This document shows, piece by piece, positions 12,001 to 24,900 of a stretch of DNA of 64,000 nucleotides. Source of the DNA: Klebsormidium nitens (taxonomy: Eukaryota; Plantae; Klebsormidiophyceae). Location: assembly GCA_000708835.1 (NCBI GenBank), contig DF236983.1, positions 1 through 64,000 of the forward strand, given 5' to 3'. The stretch's first letter is position 1; every line of letters begins with the position of its first letter. The notes under the pieces were generated by a model. That model was not told where the DNA came from. It saw only the letters and a list, made by a program, of their open reading frames with translations, and searched no databases. The position numbers and the translations under genes were made by a program.

Positions 12001-15000
12001 GGAAAATTTGACTTCAGCACTGCATCAAAAAGCTTTGGCCCGGGTTTCACCACTTGTCACAGAACCCTTCTAAACGCCGAGACAGCATGGCGCAAAGGAT
12101 AATGACGTCATTGATACGAGGGAGTTTGACGACGCCTAAGATACAAAAGTCTTCCAACATGAAGGCCATTCGACCACATGATCTCAACGGACGAACGTCG
12201 ATACAGAATCCAAATGACATAGCCCGTAAGTCCCCAGAAACCTCGACTATAAGCCAGACCATGCCGACGTCCCGCACCTGACATTGGCGGGCGTCAGCGC
12301 ATCCAACACTTCGTGGATGGCGGCCGCGTCGAACGTGCGGGGCAGCCGCCGGGCGGCCAGGCAGTCTTCCACGGGGTACAGCTGCGACATGAGCGATTCT
12401 TTGGCTCAGAAAAGGGTCGAGCAAGGAGCAAGTCGGTTCGTCCGACACCGATTGATCTCTGTGAGGCTACAGCGACAAGTTCTTTGGGGACCCTTGAAGC
12501 GAGGCGTACAACTCGATGACCGCGCGGCACAAAGATTAACGAGGAGCTTTTGAAGTTGAGCTTGACGCTGATGGAGGGGTCAAAAGCGGACTGAAACTTG
12601 TTTACCAGAGATCCGTACCCTGCATCTTGCGGCCTGGGGGTTTGCTGGTTTGATCTACAAACAGAACTTTCCAGCAAGCCCTACTCGAGGTTTCTGGTGA
12701 CTGCGCGGAAGCTCTCACCTGAAGGCTTGTCGCGATTCCGGTGACGTACTGGAAGGGCGACGACTTTTCAGCGAAGTGGAACTTGGTCTCGCACACACTT
12801 TGCACCTGAATAAAGATAAGGGCAACACAAATATAAGTACTTCTTCTAAGAAATAGGGATTCGGAAGGAGGAACAAACGATCCGACCACGATCGTCAGGG
12901 CATCATTGAGAACGCAAGCAGAATTTCTTCACCGCCCACGTGCTTTGTATGCCCAGCAGATGACCATTCAATGAGCGAAAACATGTCGACGCCTAGCTTG
13001 AACAACCCGTTCACAGCAAAGTTTCTCCTGCGTGCTGAAGCAACAGCCTTAGTTTCCGACCTCGCAACAAACTTTCAGCCTATCAAGCAGCTCATTCACC
13101 TTGACGCAGCTCACATAGACTCTCCCTCACCTCTTTGAAAATCCAGTCCTGGACCCCCTTCTCCTTCAGCACCGCAATGTACTGGAAGACGAAGGCCGCC
13201 ACTTCCTGCACGTGCTTTTGCCCCTCCTCTGTCAACTCCACATTGACCGCAAAGAATGCGTAGTGGGGGTTGCCGTCGCCCTCACCAGCTGACAGGCTTG
13301 CGGCCCAACCTGATCACGTACAAGAGAAGATACGTTGATGGGAGGTATCGAGTACAGGCATCTGTGACAGATAGCCTGTGAGAAGGGCAAATCAACCTGG
13401 GTCTGCATCTGCGGGTTGACTGGATGGTATATGCTGGTCACCAACCATTTCAGCATCCGCCACACAGTACTATTTCATTATCGTATGTGAATCGCAGCAT
13501 CGTCGCCCACACAAAGAAAGGAACAGAAAGGGCGTTACACCTGCAAACCACACCTTCTCGTGTTGCCAAACACCCCGACTATGGAAGCCCAGGCCGTATC
13601 AGACTTGGCACTCTTCGACCGAAGTTGAGACGCTGGCAGCGAGGCTGGAGCCCCCCGGCAGAACCTGACCCTCAAATGCTGATGAAATCCATTATCTTTG
13701 TAGCAAGACGAGTCATGTTTGAAAACGAGGAGAGATGCTTATCGTCATCAAGGAGAAAGTGTCTGCAGAGCTCTACGAAAAGGCCCCGAATCTCCGACCA
13801 AGTCTATCAAGAACTGCTTCGGAAACCTTGGTAGGACCATTAGTAACCCTGAGTGTCTGAGCCAGTGACAAAAGATCATATTTGCGCCTTTTCTCTGACA
13901 GACAGACACATCGACCACAATCAACGGTTCGAAACGGGAATACCGGAAGTAGCAAGAACCAGACAACACTTAGTCACGTTAGCCACCTCGATACGAGTAA
14001 TTTTCGCACCTTATGAACGGCTTTGGACACAAGAGAAAGCATGCAGCAAAAGCCAGAATTTTTGCAAAGGCAAAGGCGGTCTCCCAGAGCACTGCCTTTG
14101 AAAGAGTGCTCAATGACTCACACTAATGAGCGCCATTGGGCCGCTCTCCCAGATCTCAAGGCAGGATTGGCAGCATCCGAAACCGAGAGGAAAAGCTTTA
14201 AAGCGGCTGCTGACTTGGCTGCAACACCTCGGAGCAGCCGCGGAATTCAACTTGACGGCATCACAGAAAGAATTTCGACGGCATCACAGGAGGAGTTTTG
14301 ACTCTAGAACAATCTCTAGTGCACGCATAAAGGAGCATGTTGGCATCAAGATTACTTGGCAAGGGCTGTCTCTGACCATCAGATGATGCCGTCCCATCTT
14401 TGCCGCTCCTGAGTGCATAACGACTCATATTACATGTTTGAGGGGAAGCGTCAACAAGAGACAATAGAAGGGCTCCCCAACGTGCTCATCTGCAATTTGG
14501 GTGAGAGAGACCCAGGATTGCTCCGTCCTTGCCACGTCAACTGAAGCTTACCATGCGCGAACGAGCCAAAAACGAAAGGCAAGGCTTAATAGCCACAGAA
14601 ATGCGTGCACAGCTTCAGGGTGACTACCTCTGTAAAGAGAAAAGCATCGCAGCTCTTGGAGTATCTTGACGAGGACAAATAAAGAAAACCAAGTGTGTAA
14701 CGGTATTGCTATTATCAAAAACAAAACCCCAGTCAACCGCACTGCTGAAAAAAGAAAGTAGCAGCCTGGGAATTGGGGCAATGAGGTGAGTCAGCATGAT
14801 CTGGGCCAGACATTCTAGCGCAGTCTGTGACAATCAACTTCGTCTGTCCTTGCGGTTAGAGATTCAGAAGCAGACAGCGTAATTCACACGCGTCGTAAGC
14901 GGTATCCGCGTCCTCGCTGTATTGAACCTCAACGGTTGTTCAAACGAGATTGAAGATGGCACGCCATTTGCGTAGCAGCTTCGTCGGCCAGAAAGCCCAT

Positions 15001-18000
15001 GATAATCCTAGTACACAACCTTTGTCATTCTGTGTCAAGCCAAACTGATGTCTTGGGCATCCGCATCAGAGCAGAAGACCGGCAGTTAGAGTCGCCGATC
15101 GATGCAGGCCCGTCAAGGAAGACATAAAGACAAACTCCACCGAGCCGCTGCCGTGACAATTCACCAATATCCCGACTCGTTGCATGAAGAGTTCAAAAAA
15201 AGCCACGGGTCTTCTGGCTCTATGGAGCCGCACAAGAACGGGTCTGGTCCACCGTCCACCAGCCTGTACGACACTGCCTGTCAAAAGCTTATTCCGACTT
15301 GGCAGAGGCTGAACTGGCAGAACAGGGTATCAATACGTTGATTAGGACAGGTCGCACAAAAACAGAGCCGAAAGTTGGTATCATGCGATCGTAACGACAC
15401 TGGTGAACCACGTCAGAGCTAAGTTGAGCGCATTGGCGTCAGCGAAGGAAACGGAACATACTAGGTCCCGAAACCCGATTCTGTGTCGTCCTTGCCAATG
15501 GCAGTCAAAAAGACCTTACAAGAACAGCCACAAAAATGGGCGGTAAGGCAGTTCTGCTGACTCTTAGCCAATCCCATACACCAGGTATGTCGCGCAAGGC
15601 GAGCTTAGAGCTGCAGACCAAGGAGCAGCATTGAAAGGGATGGACAGCTTCAGATGAAGAAAGTCAGTCTTTACAATCAGACAATCTGCTAAACTGAAAA
15701 GGACGGCCGGCTTGATGGCAAGCATTTCCTCTTCTTGTCATTACCTCCGTCGTTTCCGGCTTTTTCAAAAGGCATCTTGAAAACATTTCAAATCGTGCCG
15801 GGCCTCCAAGGTGGAAGTAACGCAAGTGGCATCTCGACCGAGTTGCTCTGTGCGTGTAGCCTGGTACTCACGCTCTAGTGAACGGCAGTGAGATTTTAGG
15901 AAAACTTATGGAACTGGAGAAGACACAGAACTTCCCGAAAGAGCGCTCTTACCAGCTACGCATGCTGGCACAAAGGTCTAAGCAAGCACACGCTCGATGC
16001 CGGATACCGGTCGAAGACAGAACCACCACGTCACATCGATCGTTCGGCGTCAAGTTGAAAGCTTGAGTGAAACTGACCACCTCGTCATCAGTTGGACTGA
16101 TTAATCTTCAAAATGCCAATGCTTGTTTCAACAAACATTTTTCAAAATGACCCGGTGAAACTTTTAGCAGGAGAGTTTTACAAAACAGAGGAAATGAGCG
16201 CATCCGCATCCCAACATGCGAACGACAACCTGGCAGTGCGAGATAATTGTTTCCCAAGTACTTGAAACCTGGCTGCCCACGGCATCACTTGAGGGATCCC
16301 ACAACATTAAGAATAAAAAATATTTTTGCTCAGATACACTTGGCTGAGGCTCTAAAAACAGGCGCAGTCAAATAGGATACAGCGCTGCGCTTCAAAACAG
16401 GATATCGTTTTTGTATATCCGCAGCAACGACTTAGGGATGGACATGGATAATGGCTTTCGGACTCCCTAAATCGGATGAGCCTGGAAGCTCAGAACAACC
16501 TCGTCACGGCCATCGAGAAGAGATTCAAAGCAGCTAAAGTTGCATAAAACAAGGTACAGACTGATTCTATGGATACTCCTCGTTGCCCTTTTCGACAACG
16601 GACCAAAGAATGCGGACAATTGAACACAATAACAATCTCCGAGTTTAAGGTTTCCGACTAGGATTGGCCGTGACGACTCATATCACAGAACGAAGAAACC
16701 CAGCCAAGTCCTTGAATCAAACTCCCCTCATCCGTTTTCCACCCAGCTGGTCAGCAGCGCAAAGGAGCTGCCGTTCCCCTTGACGGCTCACATTGACGGA
16801 ACCCAAGTCAGCCAAACTCTCAGACCAAACTCCCCTGATCCTTCCTCACCCAGCTGTTTCAGAAGCGCAAAGAGGCTGCCGTCTCCCTCGTGCCCCAGTA
16901 AATGACCCAAGTACCGGCTCGCCGCGGCCTTGTACTTCTTCATTTCGGGGGAGATTGGCCACAGAAACTCCACGTTGTGGCCCTCCGTTACGGGCTCCCC
17001 CCGAATTAAAATCTGCATACCAGACAGTGCAACTGGTTGACAGGCAGAGATATCAAGGAGCAAGGAACACAATGAAAGGGTTTCGGTTTGTTGGACGATT
17101 GATGCAGAAACTTCGGCAATGAATCCGACGCTGTGGCCCGCCGTCACGGGCTTCCCCCAACTCAACCAGCGGCAGGCGGATTGGTTGAGGGACGCAAACA
17201 TGAAGGGCAAGAAACATTATGAAAGCCTTTCAAGGCGTTGGACGGATCATTGCAGAGTTTCCGAAGTGATGGAACGCCTGGAAGCCTAGGCCAGGACAAT
17301 TCATTGCCAAGATTTGCAAACAGTCTGTCCGCGTATTAATTGTAGGGTCGTATACTTCTCCCATGGTTGAGTAAGAAGCGTTTGACTGTGGGGAGGATCA
17401 CAACCAAGGTACGAAACCTCGTACCAGCCACCGTCCGAGTCATAGGGAGACAGATTGGAACTGAAAGGAGATACAGTTCACTAAAAAGACTAAAACAATC
17501 GTTGCGAAGAATCTTAGAGCTCCCCCACGCTTTCGAAAGGGTGATGCAAAGGCAGTAAACTTGGATATTGGAATTCTTAGGAATGCTCGAACACTTCGTG
17601 GGCTCGAACTTGAAAGCAGGATTTCACAAAGTTTCGGCTCAGCTCGACCCCGACGAGACTTCAACAAAGGTGCCTGGTAAAAGTCGGTCCTCTCGATCCA
17701 TTTTAGGAAGGTCGTGCGACGGACCTGTAGGTTTGGCGCGTCGAGCGGCATCTCGGAGAACTGCGGGGTGCTCTTGCTGGTGTTCTTGACGGCGCTGAAC
17801 TTGTCCACAACCATGCTCTGAAGCACGTCGAGTGAGTCTGCAAAATTCGACGGCACACAACGGACGTCTGCAACAGCTTCGCCGACGTCTGAATGACATC
17901 ACAAAGAAGCGAGTGGAGCCGCATGATGTAGATCGAGGCTGAAAAGCTTCGACGGAAGGTATTTCGACGGAAGGTGTTCAGGTGGCAGAGGCGTGTTATA

Positions 18001-20712
18001 AAAGCTCCATCCGAGCCTCCGCGAGTTGTCCGGTTCGATCCAAATCAACGAAGAGTTCAACTCAATGAGCAAGGCGAGTGCGTGACAGAGTAGCAAATAT
18101 GCCGCTGCCTACCACCCCCGACAAAAGATTCGCTCTGAAGGTGCGTCGAACAACGCCAACAAGAACTGAATTGGACAACAGAACTGTGGTTCCCTTGTCT
18201 GTAAGTGCATCTAAGGAAAGGACAGAGAGGGGAGCGATTGACTACCTTTGCCGTAGACGACCAGGCGCATCAGGTTTGCGGAGTAATGGGCGGTGTAAAA
18301 CTTGATGAGCTCGTCTCGCGTGTTCTTCCCGCACGCTTTTGGCTGGACATCCAGCGTCTCCAGGCTGCCTGCCATTGAAGGGAAGGTCCAAGATTCTAAC
18401 AAGGGGACCCTAGAAAAACGAGGGCTCGCAGTGTCCAATATCAGCAAAAGCCTCTCTTGTCAAACCGGAATAGACCGACTGATAATGCGGGAAGCAGAGA
18501 CAGGAGCCGCAACGCGAGCGCTCTTAGTGAGTTAAAACGGGTCTGAGGATGGGCGACGCAACCCACCTGTGCCAAACTTGTGGAAGGGGTTGCTCTCCTT
18601 GCTGAGGTGCTTCTGCAGCTGGTTGAAGCGCCATGCGTCGCTCGTCAGGTTCTTGCTGTTCTCTGCAGTAACAAACGGACTGAGGATGAGGGCCAGGCTG
18701 ATGCCAGTCAGCGTCTTAAGCGCTCATCCTTCCAAAAGATTCCAAAAGAGGTAGATAAACCAAGAAGGACTACCAACTGTTATAGTGGAAGTGAAGAGAC
18801 CAGCCGCCTGCTCGCTCGTCCTCCCAAAAGCGAAGAGTTTCTTGCAAGGCATGCCCCAAGTGCAATAGATGCTTTGAAACCAGCATTCCGAAGTGGAGAT
18901 CGGAAATCCGATCGTTAAAGCCCACTTGCTATTCCAGGAACAGCAGTACAATCAACACGAGGGTTTCACGACACGCCAACCAAATCTCGACAGATCTCTT
19001 GCTCACTCATACACAAGGCCAAGGCAAGTGAAGTTGATGATTCGCTGACCTGAGTCCACAGCTTTCATCTCCCGTGAGGTTGCATCCTCTGAGAGCAGCG
19101 GCCCAATGAAGAACTGAGCGAAGCGGTCCAGGGCCTCCTCCAGAAACTCGGCGTTGACGTCGAAGTGGTAGTTGGTGTCCTCTGAGCTGGTGTATGCATT
19201 TGAGCGGCCGCCGTGCTGCACACGGGAAACGGCTTATCAGACAAGTGGTGCAATTTTTTGGGAGAACACGACACCTGAGATGTGTGGCGGAATTGGTGAT
19301 ATATATACACGTCTGAATGGAAATGGACTTTCAGCGACCAACTTAGGCTGCATGCGGACAATGAATTGTCTCCTCTCAATCAACCAATCAAACCGCTTAG
19401 AGGGCCAGCGTTGGACAGTAGCTCCAGCTTATGAAAGCAAGCTGCGGCTTGAGTTCCACACTTATCCGGGCGTTCAGAACATTGATCTGTAAACCCCGCT
19501 TGATAGCATTCAAAATCTAATATCCACCTTACACAAGCTCGGAAAGGACGAGCCCAATGATGATTCTGAAGCAGAGCAAAAGTCAATATTTCAACAGGAC
19601 ATACAGAAGAAAAGTGCACGAGCAGGAGAGAAGGAACAACTGATTCCTGGAAAACCCACTGGCTTGTAAGACCCACTGGCTATGAAGGATCAATAACACA
19701 GGACTGGAGATGTGCTCTAGCGTTATACCCTGCTATCAGAAAAGAGACAGAATATCCAAGATGGGGGCTGACCTCTGTCAAGTACTTGGAGTAGCTGTCT
19801 TCTTCTGGATACTTGGCGCTTGAGTAGAACAACATGTGCTCTGCGGAAGTGAGGCACCAATCAGAATGTTGGAGGCCGCCTACAGATTCCAAACCTCTCA
19901 GTAATTCTGAAATCTGTCAATCCTGCCATCGATGACTTGCACCCACCCTGCGGTTTGCTGTTGAAGAAAGCTTGTGAGTCTCTCTAGCCCAAGCAGTGTT
20001 TATAGATGGATTGACTGCACTTCCTGCAACAATGGAAGCGCCATTGGAAAGCCAGAACACTGAGAATGGATAATTGTGGAAATAGGCTGCCCAATACTTT
20101 GATGAAGAGGTGGTGGTCCATCACTAATCGACTGATCCCCTACTTTTCTATGCCAGACCCCTTACAGTATTGCTAGGATCCTAATCCCATTGACACTTCC
20201 AACTCACCAAGGAAGTGAGCGAGCCCAGAAAGGTCAGGAGGGTCAAGGAAGTAGCCCGCTTTCACGTCCATGGCCGCCGCCGCCTAAGGTGGGAGATGAG
20301 AGCGCCAAAGTCAGAAAGTGGTGGTGCATGTACATTGATTGACAGGAGTTCGTGTCTAGAACAACTGATTGCGCGCTTCCAGGGGTTTCTAACCAACTCC
20401 AACCTGACCAACATTTTAGCCACAAGAGAGTGTTGACCACCACTCCAAACTGACAACCTTGCTCTGCATGGCGTGTAATTTCAATTGCCAACATAATTTA
20501 TTTGGCTCATTCAGGTGACGAATCAAAAGAACTTTAGTTTTCAGAAACTGGTGATTTGCACGAGCGCTCTTGTTTGCCCTCCAGAGTCTCACCTTGTCGG
20601 TTTCTGGGTCGCTGATGAGAAGCGCTTGCAGCTCATTCTCTAGCCGCACCCACCGGTATGCGCGCTTGTCGCTACGGGGCTGGAGGACCACGCCATCCTT
20701 GACCTCAACCAT
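6095..20712 (-). CDS. IDE: Insulin-degrading enzyme / M16A zinc metallopeptidase (21 exons traced)
   Basis: Exons 20712-20593, 20283-20208, 19840-19773, 19215-19049, 18662-18567, 18368-18246, 17837-17725, 17012-16850, 13309-13131, 12805-12719, 12381-12278, 11768-11570, 11096-10907, 10559-10393, 9890-9689, 9248-9046, 8552-8428, 8014-7963, 7601-7515, 7122-7000, 6535-6095. Inverted zinc motif GLAHFL-EH-MLF (HxxEH, split by an intron), [24 protein letters not shown]. Confidence 0.95.
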
Positions 20713-20809
20713 CCTGACAGCAACACAATTTTACAACCACAGCGAAGGGTGACACTGAGAAGAGCAGGCATAAAAGTGCTTGTAATCCGTGCGATAGCGA
20801 GGGTGGTCT

Positions 20810-21324
20810 ACAAATTAATAAAGACCGTATATCGCAGATGTCGGGTGGTCTACAAAATTGGGATCCCCGGGCGGTTGTCACAGGGAAGTACCGGGCACAC
20901 TAAAAACCTAGGATAGAGTGACCGCCACACACCCTAATGTCACTGGGAAGTGCCCGGTTGTCACTCGGTTGCCCGCGAGACCCTAATGTCACAGGGAGGG
21001 CCCGGTTGCTTCCCGGGCGGTACGCGAGACCCTAATGCTAGTGGACTTGCAATGCTGGTTGAACCCGGGGCAAGCCGCCGCGAACCACCACCCCACTCCC
21101 TCCAAAAAGGGGCGCCGCCCTTATGTACTGCAATTGAGACGGTCGCGGCGAGCAACTTTGTGGGTCGACACGGACCCGTTGCGCTATCGGACCGTGCATT
21201 GGATATCGTACGGTGCGCGATGCAACCGCGGTCCAACCCTCTTGTCAAATGTGCCATTTCGCACGGTCTTGACAATTTTGTCGGGAGCATCGACATCTGC
21301 GATATATGGTTTTAATTAATTTGT
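20810..21324. mobile_element. MITE-like non-autonomous element, about 515 bp, 34-bp imperfect TIRs and an internal 49-bp tandem repeat
   Basis: Left 20810-20843 acaaattaataaagaccgtatatcgcagatgtcg versus reverse complement of 21291-21324 acaaattaattaaaaccatatatcgcagatgtcg (31/34 identical). Internal units begin accctaatgtcac at 20931 and 20980, with a partial accctaatg at 21029. No clear TSD. Confidence 0.7.
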
Positions 21325-21920
21325 CCGGTCGTCGATCATCGCATGGAAATAAGCCACTTTTCTTACTCGAGAAGAGAGGAGGGAATTGGAGGCCCTAGCT
21401 AGGCTCTACACAGCAAGAAGCTTGCATACCTACACAGTGACAGACGCTTGCATACATACCGTGCACAGTCAACGGTGGCCTGGTGGCCAGCCAATAATTT
21501 CCGCTTATATCAGCATTTTATACTCCCATATAGCTTTCTTTTATACGTGAATATAAAGCACGACTGCCCTGACAAAAGATGGACATTTCACGTGATCGAC
21601 CTGCAAGTCCCTAAGTCGAAGTGAACTCGAATATTGACCCAGGTTGTGTGTTTCTCGTCATTGTCGTACCAGTAGCTACCGTACTAGCTGGAATTTAAAA
21701 ATCATAGATCTATAACAGTGCAAAGAAGAAATGGGTTGCCTAGACTTGCCTAGCATTCGAGGTTCCTGCCCATCAATGATTCAATGGCATCATTCAAAAG
21801 CAGGAAAGGGAGTTCGCCATCTGCGTGATGGCAGAGGCACTTGGCTGAATAAGTTTGATTCCTTCACATGAGGAGGACTGTTTGGGAGCCAGCAAGCCGT
21901 ATAGCACAGCAACGGGCTCC

Positions 21921-24900
21921 ATGGAGGGACGGCGCTCTTTGCGCATTGCGCTCCTTTGCATTGCCTCCTTGTGTATGCAGTTCTCAATGGCTACCACCAC
22001 TAAACTGTATACAGATACAGAAAGGTGAGCCATTTTTTTTATCAGTGGGCAAAGAGCAGACTGGGGGGCAATGCTGGGGTGTAATGTGTGGGATCTACTG
22101 TTGAGTGTGGTGGCGCCACAAGTTCTGGGCAATCCTTGCGAGACAAGAAGATGTGTCCGCTGTGCAGGTTCTGCAGACGTTACATCGTTTCATGGACCAC
22201 TGAAAACTAATAAACTGTGCTCATATACCTGCTGGAAACATATAAATGTACTGACTACTTTTCTCCCAGTGGTTGCTGGAGATCTTGTTCCTTCTTCCCA
22301 GCGAGGTCTTCTTACATCATTTCCTTTCGGCGCGCAGATGTTTAGCGGGATTAAGACCTTTCCAGTTGTGAACTCCACATCATCTCCTAGAAAAGCACTT
22401 AGTGAGGACAGTTGCTCGAGGTCGTGCGGGGCATGAAGTGGCCCTACTTCTGATAAGCTTGTACTTGGATCCAGGGTGCACTTGTTCGAAACGGCGGAAG
22501 AGTTCAACACTGCAGTCGTAGAGAGCGACGATCGGGTCTGGCTGGTGAGTCTCTTGCCTTCCTCTCATGTCTATATCTGCATTGATTGTCAGTTCATGGT
22601 GGTAATTAGTCTTCTGGGTCACCTTGCCCCTCAATGTGGCCATGTAAACATGCTGCGCGTCCCAGAGGGAGAGTTGACGGCTGGTCAAATGTGTTGCTAG
22701 TGAATTGAAAGCCTCCTGCACGTTCCAAGTCAGGCACAGGGATATATCTCACCCTTGGTGCTATCTGTCCCTTTTGCAAATGTGCGCTGGAGTACTGCTC
22801 TTTCAGGGCTGATAACAATATCCAAGTTACATGACAAATAAAGGAGAAAAGGACTGATGTTGGAGGGTTTTCAACGTACTGAATCTAGTGTATGTGCACA
22901 GGTCAACTTTTTTGCAGACGACTGTGACAATTGTATCCTGGTGAGTCACGCATGCTCTAGCCCACCGGTATGTCCATATGACTCGTACATAACTTCGTCA
23001 TTCCAGCTCCTTATATGTCAGGCGCAATTTGGACAGGGCAGTACTTCGTATGTGCATATACTGACAGACTAAGAATTACCTATGACAAGGTCTGTTTCGA
23101 AGAGAAACCGGCAAGAAGCGGAATATTCGAGAATATTCAGTCAGAGTAATTATTCCTCTACCAGCCCCGGTACAGGCTTCCTTGATCTTGTCAAAGTGAA
23201 GACAGTGATAGACATTGTTTAGTTCTTAACTGAAGCTTTCTCTGGTCGCAGTTGGCCACCCAGGTCCCAAAGATCGCGGAAAAACTGGACGGTTTTGTGG
23301 AGGTGAGTGAGCGTACTCAGATTTTCAAGGTGCTCTCGTCTTGGAGTGACGACAATGCAAAGGTCTCGGAGTCAATGGAGACGGGATGCTCTTGAATTTG
23401 AGCTGAGCGCCTTACCATACGACACCGCTTACTCAATCTGTTGATGCGCTGCAAGTGACATAGACGCCCCAACGAGATATCTGCAAGTTGACCTGTCTAA
23501 GTTGCTTATCTACAGGTCGGGGCAGTCAACTGTACTCAGGTGCCGATCGTATGTGGGGCCACAGGAATCAAGGTACTGGAAGGTCACCCTATAGGGGTCA
23601 AGGTCACCTTCATCACCTGACCTTACACCCAGATATCAAGTGACCTGACTCCTTGCACCAACGACTTTTCCTTTGACTCAGATTACTTTATATGCAGCAG
23701 CTTTGTGAAACTCTGCAACAAGTGCGATGATGCTCCGTTTTCTAAGAGTCATCCGCAATGACTCCTGCTAGTGATTATTCTGCGGTCGAAAATCTTGAAA
23801 TAGAAACTCTTCTACTCTCCTGCAGTTCCTGCCTTCGCTGAAGGTGTTCGACTGGGAAGTCAAAGAGAACCCGTACACAGGGGTGCCTTACAAGGTAGGG
23901 CCATGATCTCACCAACTTCTGAACGACAAGTTCGTCTATGCAGCGCTCAAAATAAGGTTACTCGGAGTCCAGTAGAGATCGATGAGCCTGCCGCCGAGAT
24001 GTGCGTCTCAGAATGGATACTACGAACCAGGTCCACTTTCGGTACATATTCAGACTGGTTTTATTCATTTTTGATGAGACTGCTCCTGATCGCTTGTGCA
24101 GGAGCCTCCAAAAGAAGTGCTCAAAGATGGGGAAGTGGACCCCGCTGCCCTCGTCAAGCAGGTCAAAGGTAGAATAATCGGATTGGTTATGGAAAAAATC
24201 TGGTTTCCTGACTTGGACGTCACGTCAACAATCCTGCTCGTTCGCTTTTGCTTTGGACACATCTAACTCACTTGCCCCGCTTTGAGAACATGTTTGGTGT
24301 TTGTTGAAAAAGGTCTGACTCCAGAGAGTGTGCGAAGCTTGATCTGACGCGGGGCTTGGAAGGCGGTTGGGCTTGAAGGGTCGGCTCTTGGATGAATGCG
24401 CCCCAGTGAGGTGTTGTCAAACTCGTTTGTATATTCGGCACAGGCTTCGTTCCAGACGCCTTTGTTCGACAAGTTGCGAGCGGCTCGGCCGAGGCAGAGC
24501 AGCTCTTTCAGGAGACTGGGATCCCAAAGGTTGGTGGAATAATTTGGACACCTCAAATGGACCATCTTGATCAAACGGAGGATGAGATAGTGCTTGCAGC
24601 ACACCGTATTTGCAGCTTTTGTCTAAGCTTTTCGCAAGGACGTTCAAGAGCGGTGGCTTCTCGGAAGTAGCCGTGTTGCTTCTCAGGTTTCCTGTCGCTG
24701 CGAGGATCGTACGTAAAGTCGTTTTTCCAATCGGCCAATTCGTTTCCTGTCGTTTCGATGCTGCAGGGCAGAATACAGTTGCCGAGGCCCGCCGCTTTTG
24801 GATGCTTACCCCCAGTGCTGCTCCTTCGCAGGTTCTCTTTCTGTCCACGAAGGATAAGCCGTCAGCCCTTCTCAAGGCGCTGTCACTCCGATACCGGTGA

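Noticed and set aside
20931-21037. 49-bp direct repeats considered as a CRISPR-like array or telomeric repeat
   Set aside because: Units are contiguous tandem copies without unique spacers, only about two copies, in a eukaryotic context; ACCCTAA is not tandemly iterated.
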